Counted from the first letter of the stretch, positions 41,080-50,880 are shown. The stretch is DNA of 64,000 nucleotides from an uncultured Chloroflexia bacterium (GCA_963700285.1 CAVOXA010000001.1:1152001-1216000), one strand, 5' to 3'. Notes: generated by a model not told the origin, from the letters alone. Made by a program: numbers and translations.

Positions 41080-43317
41080 CTATGCACCGGGATCCTGCGG
41101 GTCCGGCGCGGCCAGCACCCGGGCAATGGACCGGAGTTGCAGCCACCACTGTTCTTTGGGTCGCCGTGCGTCCTTTTCCACGAGCCGGGGTAGGTCTTGT
41201 AGGTCGGTGAACCCAATCCTGCCGCCTTGCCAACCAATGGCGGATGCGCCCGGTGAACTCGTCATGGCCTCATCCGTCAGAAATTCGATGCATTCTGCGG
41301 CCAGGCGAGTGGCCTGGATGCGGTCGAAAGGCGAGGGGCTGCCACCTTGCTGCATGTGGCCCAGGATCGCCTGGCGCACGTCAAAGAGCTGTCCTCCCTC
41401 CTTCTCAAAGAGCGAGTGCATGAAGTGGGTGGTATAGAAGTGATCGGTGTTCTCGGCGCGGATCATCAGGCCCAGACGCTTGCCGTGCTCAAACCCCTCC
41501 ATCAGACTGCAGACGTCTTCCTGGAGGTCAGCCAGGGAGACGCCTTCCTCGGGCAGGTACACCCGCTCCGCTCCCGTAGCCAGCCCGCTGATCAGCGCCA
41601 GGTAGCCGCAGTCCCCTCCCATCACCTCTACCACAAAACAACGACGGGAGGCCACGGCCGACTGCTTGATCTTGTCGACAGCGGCGATGATGGTGTTGAG
41701 GGCGGTATCGGCGCCGATGCTCAATTGCGAACCAGGTAGATTATTGTCTATGGAAGCCGGAAGGCAGACGATAGGGATGTTAAAGGCCGGGTAATCATCA
41801 CGTTTGCTAAAGATCTGGTGGGCGGCCTGATATCCGCTCCAGCCGCCAACAATCATCAGTCCGTCGATGCTGTGGGCTTCGAGCTGGCGAGCGATCATGT
41901 AAAAGTCGGCACCTTCCGGAACCTTGCGATTGGTCCCCAGCTCGGCGCCGCCTCTCGAAACCCAGCCACTGACGCTCATCCAGTCCATCTCCTGGATGTC
42001 GCCGTCGATCAGTCCCTGGAAGCCGTTCTGTACCGCAATCATGGTATGGCCCTTGTCCAGGCCCAGCCTGACCGCCACACGGACCGCAGTATTCATACCA
42101 GGCGCTGGTCCTCCGCCATGTAGAATGGCCAGCCTCAGCTGCTTCTGCCCGGGCTTGGGCTCGTGAGGTTGGGCGCGCAACAGCGTACGCAGGATCCGAA
42201 ACGAGTCGGAGAAGCTGCCACCGCGCATGGCCATGGCCGATTCATAGTCCCGAGCCGCAATGACCTCGGCAACCTGGTGTGTCTTGGCCACACAATCCAT
42301 CAGTGGCGAACGGACTACATGGTGCTGCCGGATTCCGATCAGTTTTGGTTTGTCCTCGGGGGATGCGGACAGAACCTCGTCGACGGCGGCATAGCCTAGC
42401 AGCGTGCTCATATAGCGATCAAAGGCGGTGGGTGAACCGCCCCTTTGCACGTGACCCAGAATCGTCACGCGCACATCCTCTCCCAGGCGCTCCTCCAACA
42501 CCTGTTTCACGTAGCTACTGGCAATGGGGCTGCCATAGCGGTCTTGGGCTCCCTCAGCGATGATCACGACGCTATGTCTGCGGCCGATTTCGCGGCCCGC
42601 ATGGATAGCGCGGCACATCCTTTCCTCCCAATCATCTACGTTGGGCGGGCTCTCGGGAATAAAGACCCAGTTTGCGCCAGTGGCCAGGGCGCTCATCAGT
42701 GCTAGATAACCGCAATGGCGCCCCATAACTTCGATGACAAAGGTACGCTGATGGCTGGCCGCCGTCGCGCCGATGGCATCTACGGCTTCGGTGATACGGT
42801 GCAGGGCGGTGTCGGCGCCGATGGTCATGTCTGTTCCAAACATGTCGTTGTCGATGGAGCCAACCAACCCGGCCAGGATCAACTGGGGATGAGCCTCCGC
42901 TTCTTGAGGGCTGACCTGGCCCTCTGCCGCCAGCTCGGCCAACAGTTCGGGCCATTCCTGGCGGAAGACATTGGCGCCTGTCAAGCTGCCGTCCCCACCA
43001 ATGACCACCAAGCTGTCGATTCCATGTCTGATCAGGTTCCTGGCTGCCAGCTTGCGCCCTTCTCGCGTGTGGAACTCTGCACATCGTGCTGAGCCGATGA
43101 CGGTTCCTCCCTGATGGATGATGCCACCGACCGCATCCCAGGTCATTTTTCGGATATTGCTGCCGCCGGCGACCATGCCCTGGTAGCCTTCGTAGATGGC
43201 GTATACATCCACGCCACGGGCAAGTGCGGTGCGCACCACGGCTCTCACGGCGGCGTTCATTCCCGGCGCATCGCCGCCGCTGGTCAGGACGCCCAGGCTT
43301 TTCTTGTGGTGGTCCAT
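41080..43317 (-). CDS. pfkA: 6-phosphofructokinase, internally duplicated eukaryote-type (about 745 aa)
   Basis: TSGGDAPGMN, GGDGS, SIDND, MGR and GHVQRGG, then a second repeat GGPAPGMN, SIDNN, MGG and GHMQQGG. Confidence 0.9.
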   Translation of the reverse strand: MDHHKKSLGVLTSGGDAPGMNAAVRAVVRTALARGVDVYAIYEGYQGMVAGGSNIRKMTWDAVGGIIHQGGTVIGSARCAEFHTREGRKLAARNLIRHGIDSLVVIGGDGSLTGANVFRQEWPELLAELAAEGQVSPQEAEAHPQLILAGLVGSIDNDMFGTDMTIGADTALHRITEAVDAIGATAASHQRTFVIEVMGRHCGYLALMSALATGANWVFIPESPPNVDDWEERMCRAIHAGREIGRRHSVVIIAEGAQDRYGSPIASSYVKQVLEERLGEDVRVTILGHVQRGGSPTAFDRYMSTLLGYAAVDEVLSASPEDKPKLIGIRQHHVVRSPLMDCVAKTHQVAEVIAARDYESAMAMRGGSFSDSFRILRTLLRAQPHEPKPGQKQLRLAILHGGGPAPGMNTAVRVAVRLGLDKGHTMIAVQNGFQGLIDGDIQEMDWMSVSGWVSRGGAELGTNRKVPEGADFYMIARQLEAHSIDGLMIVGGWSGYQAAHQIFSKRDDYPAFNIPIVCLPASIDNNLPGSQLSIGADTALNTIIAAVDKIKQSAVASRRCFVVEVMGGDCGYLALISGLATGAERVYLPEEGVSLADLQEDVCSLMEGFEHGKRLGLMIRAENTDHFYTTHFMHSLFEKEGGQLFDVRQAILGHMQQGGSPSPFDRIQATRLAAECIEFLTDEAMTSSPGASAIGWQGGRIGFTDLQDLPRLVEKDARRPKEQWWLQLRSIARVLAAPDPQDPGA

Positions 43318-43554
43318 TGGTCTCTTCCCTGCTTTCTCACGGATGCTCCCAATGGCTGCCGCACAGCGATTGGGCACCTGGCATAATTCCCTGATGGCGC
43401 AATTGTAGCAAAAAAGCGGGCTTTTGGGAACTCTCGTCGACGTCTGAGCCCGGTGCGCCTCCGGCAATTGGCGCTGGACACAATCCGTCTACCCCTTTGC
43501 TGATCGCGTCTCGGTCCCGGCAGTCGCCTTGCTGCGCTTTTGTCAGCCTCAGGC

Positions 43555-43923
43555 TCAGTCTCTATGGCAAGCCCAGTCCCAGGCATCCTGAATCTGCGCT
43601 GGCTCAAAATACGCCTCAGTGGTACGCCGGGTGAAGGGGTCCATGAGCTTGACCATCCACTTGTGCCACTTCTTGTCGCTGACAAAAGCGCAGCGTTCGA
43701 CGCTGCGGTACTGCTTCTTGCCAAACTGGAAATCCTCCTTGGCAGCGCCCAGCTCGCCCCACCCGTCAAAGTCCGAGAGAACAACAACCATGTTGATCTT
43801 GCCGTGGGCCTCGATGGCTTCATCCAGCCTAGGGAGGAGCATCTCATAGTCGGCAACGACAGCCTTGCCGCTGGCCTTGAAGCCGATACAGGTCTCGGTG
43901 CTTTCTTCCAGGATCTCAAACAT
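43555..43923 (-). CDS. STAS/SEC14-like (SpoIIAA-like) protein
   Basis: GKINMVV.LSDFDGW...ERCAFVSDKKW...AWDW pattern. Confidence 0.75.
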   Translation of the reverse strand: MFEILEESTETCIGFKASGKAVVADYEMLLPRLDEAIEAHGKINMVVVLSDFDGWGELGAAKEDFQFGKKQYRSVERCAFVSDKKWHKWMVKLMDPFTRRTTEAYFEPAQIQDAWDWACHRD

Positions 43924-43984
43924 TGGTTTCTCCTTTCTGTCCAGTTTCAAAAGCCATTTTCAATTGCTGGGCCTGGAGAGCATG

Positions 43985-44096
43985 GAATGCTGCCCGTTGC
44001 CTCAGAGTGGAAGAAATCCTGAAACATTCGGGTCAGGAGGTGGGGACTCTTGACGATCTGTTCGATTCTGTTCTCGGCAGTCGCTACTGTATCCAT
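43985..44096 (-). pseudogene. N-terminal remnant of a Na+/H+ antiporter NhaA-like gene
   Basis: GAGG RBS and ATG give MDTV...RMFQDFFHSEATGSI, resembling the NhaA N-terminus, then breaks off. Confidence 0.5.
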
Positions 44097-44332
44097 GGGT
44101 ACCTCGGGTTTCAATAGTACGTGGCTGATGGGCCTATGATACCATGCTTGATACCAAAGATCAAACTCTCCAGCAAACATCCTACAGGTTGAAGGATGAC
44201 TGCAGTCACGGAGCCTTCACCATGAGCGCGACAGTCTTCTATCGCGACGGATGATGGGTCAGGACATGGTCTGTTCTGCAGTTTCGCGCCGTGTTTCTCT
44301 GCCCGCGGAATCGAGGGTAATCCGAGCCGCCG

Positions 44333-45784
44333 TTACCAGACAAAGACATCGTCCGTAGGATGGCTCAGATCGACGATCTCGATCTGGTTGGTTCCACCGC
44401 CGAGGGCAGTACCCGACCCGTGGGTCAGAACCACCAGACCTTCTGTCAGTCCGTGCTCCGCTAGCCAATTTCGGGTGTAGGCCTGCCAGCTTTCCGGTCG
44501 CCTGCGCTCGTAGACGGCGTCAACGCCGTAGGAAAACTGCAGCGTCTGGCATGTAGACTCGTTGGGGCTGACGGCAACGATCCATACTTGCAACTGGAAC
44601 CGGCCAAGGCAGCGTGCCGTGGTACCGCTCAAAGTAGGGGTCACGACTGCGACAGGCTGGATGGCCTCCACGGTCCGGTAGATGCTCAGCGACACAAGGT
44701 CCTCGTTGCTGATCTCACCGCTGGCCTTCGCCTCCCGAAGGAGCCGGGCGACGTCGGGAGGGCCGACCTGTGGTTCTGTCACCTGGGCAATGCGCGCCAT
44801 CGTGGCCACGGCCTCCACCGGAAAGTTTCCCATAGCCGTCTCGCCCGACAGCATCACACAATCTGTGCCGTCGAGAATGGCATTGGCCACATCCGTCACC
44901 TCGGCGCGGGTGGGGCGGGGCTGTACCGTCATCGACTCGAGCATCTGCGTGGCGGTGATGACCGGTCTGCCAAAGAGATTGGCCCGCCGGATCACGTGTT
45001 TCTGGACCGTGGCTATCTCTTCGATAGGAATCTCGACGCCCAGATCACCGCGGGCGACCATGATTCCGTCCGTAGCCGCCAGGATAGCATCCAGATGCGC
45101 CAAGGCCTGCGCGCGCTCAAGTTTGGCGATGATGAAGGGCCGGTAGCCCATCGCCTGCGCTGCCTCCCGCACCACCTTGATATCCTCCGGGCCCTGGACA
45201 AAGGATTGGCTGATCGCATCCAACTTCTGTTCGGCCGCAAAGCCCAAGAACTCCCGGTCTCGCTCGGTGAAGGCGCTGATGCCCAGGTTGATTCCGGGAA
45301 AATTCACGCCTTTGAAGGAGCGGAGCTCTCCACCCACCTGTACCCGGCAATGGACCTCGCCCTCTACGACTTTCAGAACGCGGAGTTGGATGAAGCCATC
45401 ATTGACATAAACTTCGTCGCCTCGCTTGACGGCCTGTGGCAGGCCCTTGAAGCTCAACGACGCACGTTGGTCGTCCCCTACAATCTCCTCGGTCTGCAGG
45501 ATGAAGGACTGGCCGCGGACCAGTTCCACCGGTTCCTCGGCCAACTGCCCAATGCGCATCTTGGGCCCTGGCAGGTCGCCCAGGATGGCGACACGCTTGC
45601 CGGTCGCCGCCGCCGCCGCACGGATGTTCTCGATCACCTTGGCGTGGCTCTCAAAATCGCCGTGGGCAAAGTTGAGTCGAGCAACGTTCATACCGCTGCT
45701 CACCAGGTTCTCCAGCGTTTCCCGGGACTCGGACGCGGGACCGATGGTGCAGACGATCTTTGTCTTCTTGAGTGGGAAGTCCAT
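44333..45784 (-). CDS. pyk: Pyruvate kinase
   Basis: KTKIVCTIGPAS, IMVARGDLG, TATQMLESM and MLSGETA motifs. Confidence 0.95.
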   Translation of the reverse strand: MDFPLKKTKIVCTIGPASESRETLENLVSSGMNVARLNFAHGDFESHAKVIENIRAAAAATGKRVAILGDLPGPKMRIGQLAEEPVELVRGQSFILQTEEIVGDDQRASLSFKGLPQAVKRGDEVYVNDGFIQLRVLKVVEGEVHCRVQVGGELRSFKGVNFPGINLGISAFTERDREFLGFAAEQKLDAISQSFVQGPEDIKVVREAAQAMGYRPFIIAKLERAQALAHLDAILAATDGIMVARGDLGVEIPIEEIATVQKHVIRRANLFGRPVITATQMLESMTVQPRPTRAEVTDVANAILDGTDCVMLSGETAMGNFPVEAVATMARIAQVTEPQVGPPDVARLLREAKASGEISNEDLVSLSIYRTVEAIQPVAVVTPTLSGTTARCLGRFQLQVWIVAVSPNESTCQTLQFSYGVDAVYERRRPESWQAYTRNWLAEHGLTEGLVVLTHGSGTALGGGTNQIEIVDLSHPTDDVFVW

Positions 45785-45786
45785 TG

Positions 45787-45875
45787 TCAAGCCTCCTCGC
45801 CAAAGCTGATCCCCAGTGCCCGCCCGTCGTGTACCAGCTCGCCGTCGCGCGGCACGGTACGGATCTGGTCTATAT
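45787..45875 (-). pseudogene. 3' remnant of a single-domain phosphofructokinase gene
   Basis: Translates to IDQIRTVPRDGELVHDGRALGISFGEEA*, like group III PFK C-termini; abuts the pyk start. Confidence 0.55.
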
Positions 45876-45880
45876 GGGAT

Positions 45881-45922
45881 AGAGCCTCGTGATCCTGCGC
45901 ATGCACAGGATCACGAGGCTCT
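45881..45922. repeat. Perfect 17-bp inverted repeat (terminator-like hairpin)
   Basis: AGAGCCTCGTGATCCTG-CGCATGCA-CAGGATCACGAGGCTCT. Confidence 0.85.
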
Positions 45923-46015
45923 GACATCAGGTTGCCCAGGAAGGCCGCCCTATCCTGTTCGTTGAATATAGGGCTGTGACGAGAGAACCATTTGGCTCAG
46001 CTCGATATCTGGCCG

Positions 46016-46492
46016 CTAGAGCCCCAGTAGTTGCCGTTTCTTGGCCTCAAAGTCCTCGTCGCTGATGATCCCTCGATCGCGCAGGTCAGCCAGCCGTTCC
46101 AGCTCGTCCAGATAGGATTCTTCCACTGCAGGCTGCGCCGCTGCGATAGGCTGCGCTGCCGCTGCATCAGCCGCTGGGGGAGTCCCCTCGTCTGTGATAA
46201 TCGCCTTATCGTCGTCGGTAAGCTCGATACTTTGGATACCAAGTTGCTCCATGGCGGCCACCAGCTCGTCTTCCGTCAATTCCTCGACCGAAGCGCCGGT
46301 GTGTTCCTCGATGCGTTCGGAGTCCTTCTGCGAGAGCTTGACAGCGCCATAGGCGGCGCCACCTACGGCCAGGAGCACCATACCTCCGACCATGATGCGC
46401 CTTCTTCTGCGGCGTCGCATACGCCGTACTGTCCGATGCGTGGTTCGCCTTGCGGTTCGCCTGCCAGCTCGTCTGGCTCCTCTTCTAGGCAT
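46016..46492 (-). CDS. SHOCT-domain membrane protein with Arg-rich N-terminus
   Basis: C-terminal LERLADLRDRGIISDEDFEAKKRQLL; one TM segment; GGAGG RBS. Confidence 0.8.
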   Translation of the reverse strand: MPRRGARRAGRRTARRTTHRTVRRMRRRRRRRIMVGGMVLLAVGGAAYGAVKLSQKDSERIEEHTGASVEELTEDELVAAMEQLGIQSIELTDDDKAIITDEGTPPAADAAAAQPIAAAQPAVEESYLDELERLADLRDRGIISDEDFEAKKRQLLGL

Positions 46493-46580
46493 GGTTTCCG
46501 TACCTCCGTCCTATCTTCCGGCGCCTATCGGGCCGCCTTTTCCTGGTCCTGTTTTCAGTGTGCACCAAATTCGCATCTTG

Positions 46581-46610
46581 ATTGTACACCATCAGGTCAA
46601 TGCCTGTCAA
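46581..46610 (-). promoter_or_regulatory. Sigma-70-like promoter for the SHOCT gene
   Basis: Minus strand TTGACA-18 bp-TACAAT. Confidence 0.5.
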
Positions 46611-48154
46611 AGCGAGATCCCGGCCTGGGCACCATCCAGGAAGGTCGGGGCGTAGACACGGATGGCGCTCTCGCCACCCAGCGGACACTGGTACTCGCAG
46701 ATGCCACAACCGATGCACAGTTCCCGGATGACCCGGGGGCGCTGCAGTACAACCGTCTCGCCCTGGGCGTTGAGAGCTTTGACCTCGTCCAGTTTGATGG
46801 CCTTGTCCTCCACCGGACAGCATTCCTCGCAAACGATGCAGTGTGTGCTGTAGGTCCAGGGCAGGCAGCGGTCGCGGTCGATGCGGGCCAGGCCGATGGG
46901 CGTGTGTTGCTTGACGACGAGCGCCATCTCTGGGATTGCGCCAGTGGGGCAGACGTGGCTGCAGGCGTTGCAGCCAAAGTTGCAGTAGCCCAGGCGCGGC
47001 ACCAGGCGTGGGGTCAGCATGTTTTGCACGCCGCCCTCAAAGAGACTGGGTTGCAGACCTTGGGTGGGGCAGACGCGGACACAGGCGCCGCAGCGGGCAC
47101 AGAGAGCGCTGAAATCAACGGGGGCCGCACCTGGGGGACGGATCATGGTCGCCGGTTCCCGGAATACGATGGGCTCTACACCAGCAAGCGCGACGCCAGC
47201 GGCGGATACGCCTATGGCAGCCAGAACCTGCCGGCGCGTGGGGTCATAGTCGTGCCGTGTTGCTGGCCGCCAGGCGGGCAGTTGCCAGTGGAAGCCAATC
47301 TCTGAGCGTGAACAGTCTACCAGACAGTCGAAACAGACGATACACTCGGCCGGATCGCTGCGGAAGTTGTCGTGTAGGTCGATGGTTCCTGTTGGGCATT
47401 GATGGCTACAACGGGCGCATTGTACGCAGTCGTCGCTCACTTTTCGGCGCACTAGTGAGAGCTTGGAGACCAAACCCAGCAAGCCGCCCAGGGGGCAGAG
47501 ATAGCGGCACCAGAAGCGCTGCGCCCACCAATTCAGGGCTACCAACCCGGCGAAGAGGAGAGCGACCAACATCGTCAAGCTGAACACGGGCTGTATCTCC
47601 TGGAAGAGGGGCCGCGTCAGCGAGTTGTGTAGCAGGTCCAACACCCCCCACAGTGGGGAAAACTGGTACAGGAATGCCTCGGTCTGCAGGACTGCAGAAT
47701 GTAGGGCGGGCCAGATGGCCGTTGCCATCGTCCGGTTGAGGATGGTAATGGGATCAAGGATCATGAGTGTCTGGTTGCCCAGAAGGGCCGCAAAGAGGAT
47801 GATAACCAGCAACAGGTACTTGATGATGCGCCAGCTTTCGGGAGGGGCTTTGCTTCGCCGCCGCCGGGGCGCCAGCCATTCCAGTACCGTCCCCAGGGGG
47901 CAGATCCAGCCACACCAAACCCTTCCGAACAGCAGCGTGAGGAACAGCACGAGTCCGGCCAGGATCAGGCCAGCCTGTAGCACTCGCCCGGCCAGCGTGG
48001 CCGCGGCCATGAGGAGGGGGTCGAGGCGGGAAAAGATATCCGCCCAGAAGGCAACTGGCCTCTGGGCATTCGCGTAAACAAAGAGACCGGCATAGAGCAG
48101 CAGCGCCAAGATCTGCGCGCCCTGCCGGAATCTGCGCCAGGCGCGAGGGCTCAC
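46607..48154 (-). CDS. Membrane polyferredoxin (NapH/MauN + NapG/MauM-like 4Fe-4S protein)
   Basis: GRVWCGWICPLG, RFWCRYLCPLG, multiple CxxCxxCxxxC motifs, RPPGA. Confidence 0.85.
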   Translation of the reverse strand: MSPRAWRRFRQGAQILALLLYAGLFVYANAQRPVAFWADIFSRLDPLLMAAATLAGRVLQAGLILAGLVLFLTLLFGRVWCGWICPLGTVLEWLAPRRRRSKAPPESWRIIKYLLLVIILFAALLGNQTLMILDPITILNRTMATAIWPALHSAVLQTEAFLYQFSPLWGVLDLLHNSLTRPLFQEIQPVFSLTMLVALLFAGLVALNWWAQRFWCRYLCPLGGLLGLVSKLSLVRRKVSDDCVQCARCSHQCPTGTIDLHDNFRSDPAECIVCFDCLVDCSRSEIGFHWQLPAWRPATRHDYDPTRRQVLAAIGVSAAGVALAGVEPIVFREPATMIRPPGAAPVDFSALCARCGACVRVCPTQGLQPSLFEGGVQNMLTPRLVPRLGYCNFGCNACSHVCPTGAIPEMALVVKQHTPIGLARIDRDRCLPWTYSTHCIVCEECCPVEDKAIKLDEVKALNAQGETVVLQRPRVIRELCIGCGICEYQCPLGGESAIRVYAPTFLDGAQAGISL

Positions 48155-48188
48155 TTGGTCCCTTGTCTTTCGTCTTTCCTCAACTCTG

Positions 48189-49154
48189 CTAGACCGCAAT
48201 CTCTTCGATCTGGATGGACGACAGGTCCAGGATACCCAGGCCCATCTCGGCCGCGGCTTTGACGTAGGCAATGTCCTCGCCCACCAGGTCAAATAGGGTG
48301 GCCGCGTAGGCGTCGGCGGCGACGATGTCGTGGCTGGCGATGACGGTGTTGGACAGGCGTACATCATCCAGGCTGCCGCCGCCCGGCCCGTGAGCTACGA
48401 GCGTGCGCACGGCATCCACCACGGTCAAATTTGGGCGCACCAAGCTGACCAGGTCAGCCGTGCGCTGGCCCAGGTTGCTGTGCATCTTGTTGCGGTTCTG
48501 GACGACGCCCAACAGGTTTTTTCCTGCCAGGCTCAAGCGAGCCAGGCTGTGATGTTTGGCAATTGGTACGTCGATCACCACGTCGGCGTTGAGAACTTGC
48601 TGATAGACTGGCCAACTGCTGATATCTCTGCCCTCTGGGATGTCGGTTTCTCGGAACTTGGCGGGGTTCATCGCTTCCATCTGGCCGCCGGCTGCGGCCA
48701 CAGCGTCGGCGATGCCGCTGCGTGCGTAGGCGCTTTCGGCACTCCCGCCAAAGGGGCTGTCCATGACACGCACGCGCCGGGCGCCCGCGCCCAAGCATAG
48801 CTCGACCAGTGTTGCCACTACCTCTGGGTTGGTCGTCGCGGCATACTCAAAAGTACGAAAATCAACACAGATGTTGGGCTTGACGATGACATCGTCGCCG
48901 TCTTTGACAAAGCGTTCCATGCCGCCGATAGCTGCCAAAGCGGTCCGGGTTAGTGCTGCTGGTACACTCCCGCGGGCCACTGCCAGGTAGGCAGCGTCTC
49001 TTGGCGGAGGCAAGGGTATCTCGGCCTGCGCCCGTGGTAAGCTGGCGGGTTCCTTACCCCCACAGGCAGCAAGGGCTGTTCCCAGTCCGGCGGCTGCTGC
49101 CAACCGGACGAACTGGCGGCGGGTGACTGTGCCTGGCTTTTTGTGTGGATTCAA
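48189..49154 (-). CDS. DUF362 Fe-S domain protein with Tat lipoprotein signal
   Basis: TTG start after AGGAGG; TRRQFV...LAAC; VKPNI, TTNPEVV, KHH, KNLLG and DIVAAD motifs. Confidence 0.85.
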   Translation of the reverse strand: MNPHKKPGTVTRRQFVRLAAAAGLGTALAACGGKEPASLPRAQAEIPLPPPRDAAYLAVARGSVPAALTRTALAAIGGMERFVKDGDDVIVKPNICVDFRTFEYAATTNPEVVATLVELCLGAGARRVRVMDSPFGGSAESAYARSGIADAVAAAGGQMEAMNPAKFRETDIPEGRDISSWPVYQQVLNADVVIDVPIAKHHSLARLSLAGKNLLGVVQNRNKMHSNLGQRTADLVSLVRPNLTVVDAVRTLVAHGPGGGSLDDVRLSNTVIASHDIVAADAYAATLFDLVGEDIAYVKAAAEMGLGILDLSSIQIEEIAV

Positions 49155-49184
49155 AGGTACCTCCTGCCTACTTTCTAGAGCAAG

Positions 49185-49213
49185 AGCATACCACACATGC
49201 TGATGGCTGTCAA
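49185..49213 (-). promoter_or_regulatory. Hybrid promoter (IS end supplies the -35) for the DUF362 operon
   Basis: Minus strand TTGACA (inside the element TIR)-17 bp-TATGCT with TG extension. Confidence 0.55.
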
Positions 49214-49582
49214 ACGCCATCTGGCAGGCCCAGGTTCGCGGTAGGATGGGCAAAGCCCTCCTCATGATGACCTGTACACGAGGCGCAAGGGTATTCGAAG
49301 CAGAAGGTTCCTTTAGTAGGGGATTTGAGGGGTGCGGGTGGGGTTGATCGGTCAACAAATGCCAGCCAAGGCAGGTTGAAACGAAGCAGAAGCGAGTAGC
49401 AGACCGGGATGAAGGATTCCGGCAGGCAGTTTGGTCCTGAGAAGGCAGTTGAGAGGGCTGTGGGGCAAGTTTGCGGCTTGGGGAACTGCTTCTGAAAGGC
49501 AGAAAAGGGATGGGCAAGCAGGGGGCAGCACACCACGCGGAAGAGCATCCATGAGGCTTTCAGCGTGATAGGCAGACCGCAC

Positions 49583-50225
49583 TTAGACAGTGACGAAGGT
49601 AGTCTCGCGCACGAGACGGGCGAGAGTAGTCAGGGTAGCCCAGGTATCAGCCAGGTAGGCGAGGGCTTTGCCCCGCAGTCCGCCATATACCAGCAGGCGC
49701 TTGAGGTTCCAGTGCTCGAAGGTGGCATTGCGGGCTTCCGAAGTGTTCCGGGCTTGATGGTAGAGACGTTTCCAGGCGCTAGAGCCCACGGGCAGGTCGC
49801 GCGCCAAGCGGATGGAGCCATTGGTGAAACGTTCCCCCAGATTGAAGATTTTACCAAAGGGATGAGTAGAGGCGTCGGGATAGAAAAGGGGCAATTGCAG
49901 AAGAAGGGAAGCGCCTGGCACCTCTTCCCGCTCATTGGCTGCAGGAAATCGGCCAGCAAGGCGAGGTGGAAGCGGCGACTGGGGCTGGACGCCGGTTGAT
50001 TGGAGCCCGTGTACCAGACAAAACGAGCTTGGGCATCCCGGGGCGTGGCGTGGTGGCAGGCCTCGACACAGGCGGGGGTATCACAATCACAACCCCGGCG
50101 CTCTTTCTTCTTGGCCGGGCAGGGACGCGGGTTGTCGGAGCCCGTAGGTTGGTAGCAGCTCTGCTGTATGGAGGTACAGCGCATGCGGGAAGCCGCATGG
50201 AGGAGCATGCCGTCCGGTTAGCCAT
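49583..50225 (-). pseudogene. DDE-type transposase remnant (multiple deletions and frameshifts)
   Basis: DGMLLHAASR...Cys-rich segment; WKRLYHQARNTSEARN (YxxRxxxE-like) in fragments 49630-50208 and 49583-49921. Confidence 0.6.
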
Positions 50226-50880
50226 GTCGGCCTCCTCGCCACCGTAACCAGCGCTGAGTGTCGGCCTCGACGGTCTCGTAATCGGCCAACGTGTGGCGGG
50301 CCAGGAGAGAACGCAACTGCTGGGAGTGAGCGGGTTGGCGAAGCCAGATCAAGGCTTCAGTATGCAGTTGGCGCGCCCGCTCGCCGTTGACGCTCAACGC
50401 AGCGCCGATCGCAGAATAGAAGACTTGGGGCTTCCCAGTTAATTCACAGCGAGCCAGACGACGATGCGCAATCGCTCTGGCAGCCGGGCAAGGAGATCCC
50501 AGAAGGCGGAGCGGATGGCATCTGCTTCCCAGGCTTGGGCTGGATCTGTCGTTCCCGCCGCCGAAGAAGAGGCTTCGTCGAGGTCAAGATGTTCCATGGC
50601 TCGACAAGGGGCACGCTCGGCAAGCTTGACCTCTCGCCAGACCTGGTGCATAATGGAGGTCCAGGCGTAGGTGGAAAAGGCTGTTCTCTGCTCGGGATCA
50701 AAGCCCAGGATGGCGTGCCACAGGCCAATGCGACCCGCCTGCAAGGCCTCGGCAAATGGCAGGTCGCCCAAGACCTGCTTCCGCACGACGGCGTGGACTA
50801 AACCCTCGTGCGCTGCCATGAGTCGCGCCAGACTGTCTCGGTATCCCGCTTGTGTCTGGCGGAAAAGGGCGGCCCCGGTG
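50218..50880 (-). CDS. Sigma-70 family sigma factor (frameshift near 50457; exact start uncertain)
   Basis: Region 2: LFRQTQAG...HEGLVHAVV...QAGRIGLWHAILGFDPEQRTAFSTYA; region 4 HTH: SAIGAALSVNGERARQLHTEAL. Confidence 0.75.

Noticed and set aside
46031-47305. Long opposite-strand or alternate-frame ORFs (also 44588-45892, 23731-25065, 20563-21576, 2476-3696, 14211-15455)
   Set aside because: Shadows of well-supported genes in GC-rich DNA, with no recognisable motifs
49210-49582. ORFs in the left part of the IS-like element
   Set aside because: Low-complexity Pro/Leu/Ser-rich translations with no RBS or motifs; treated as non-coding element sequence
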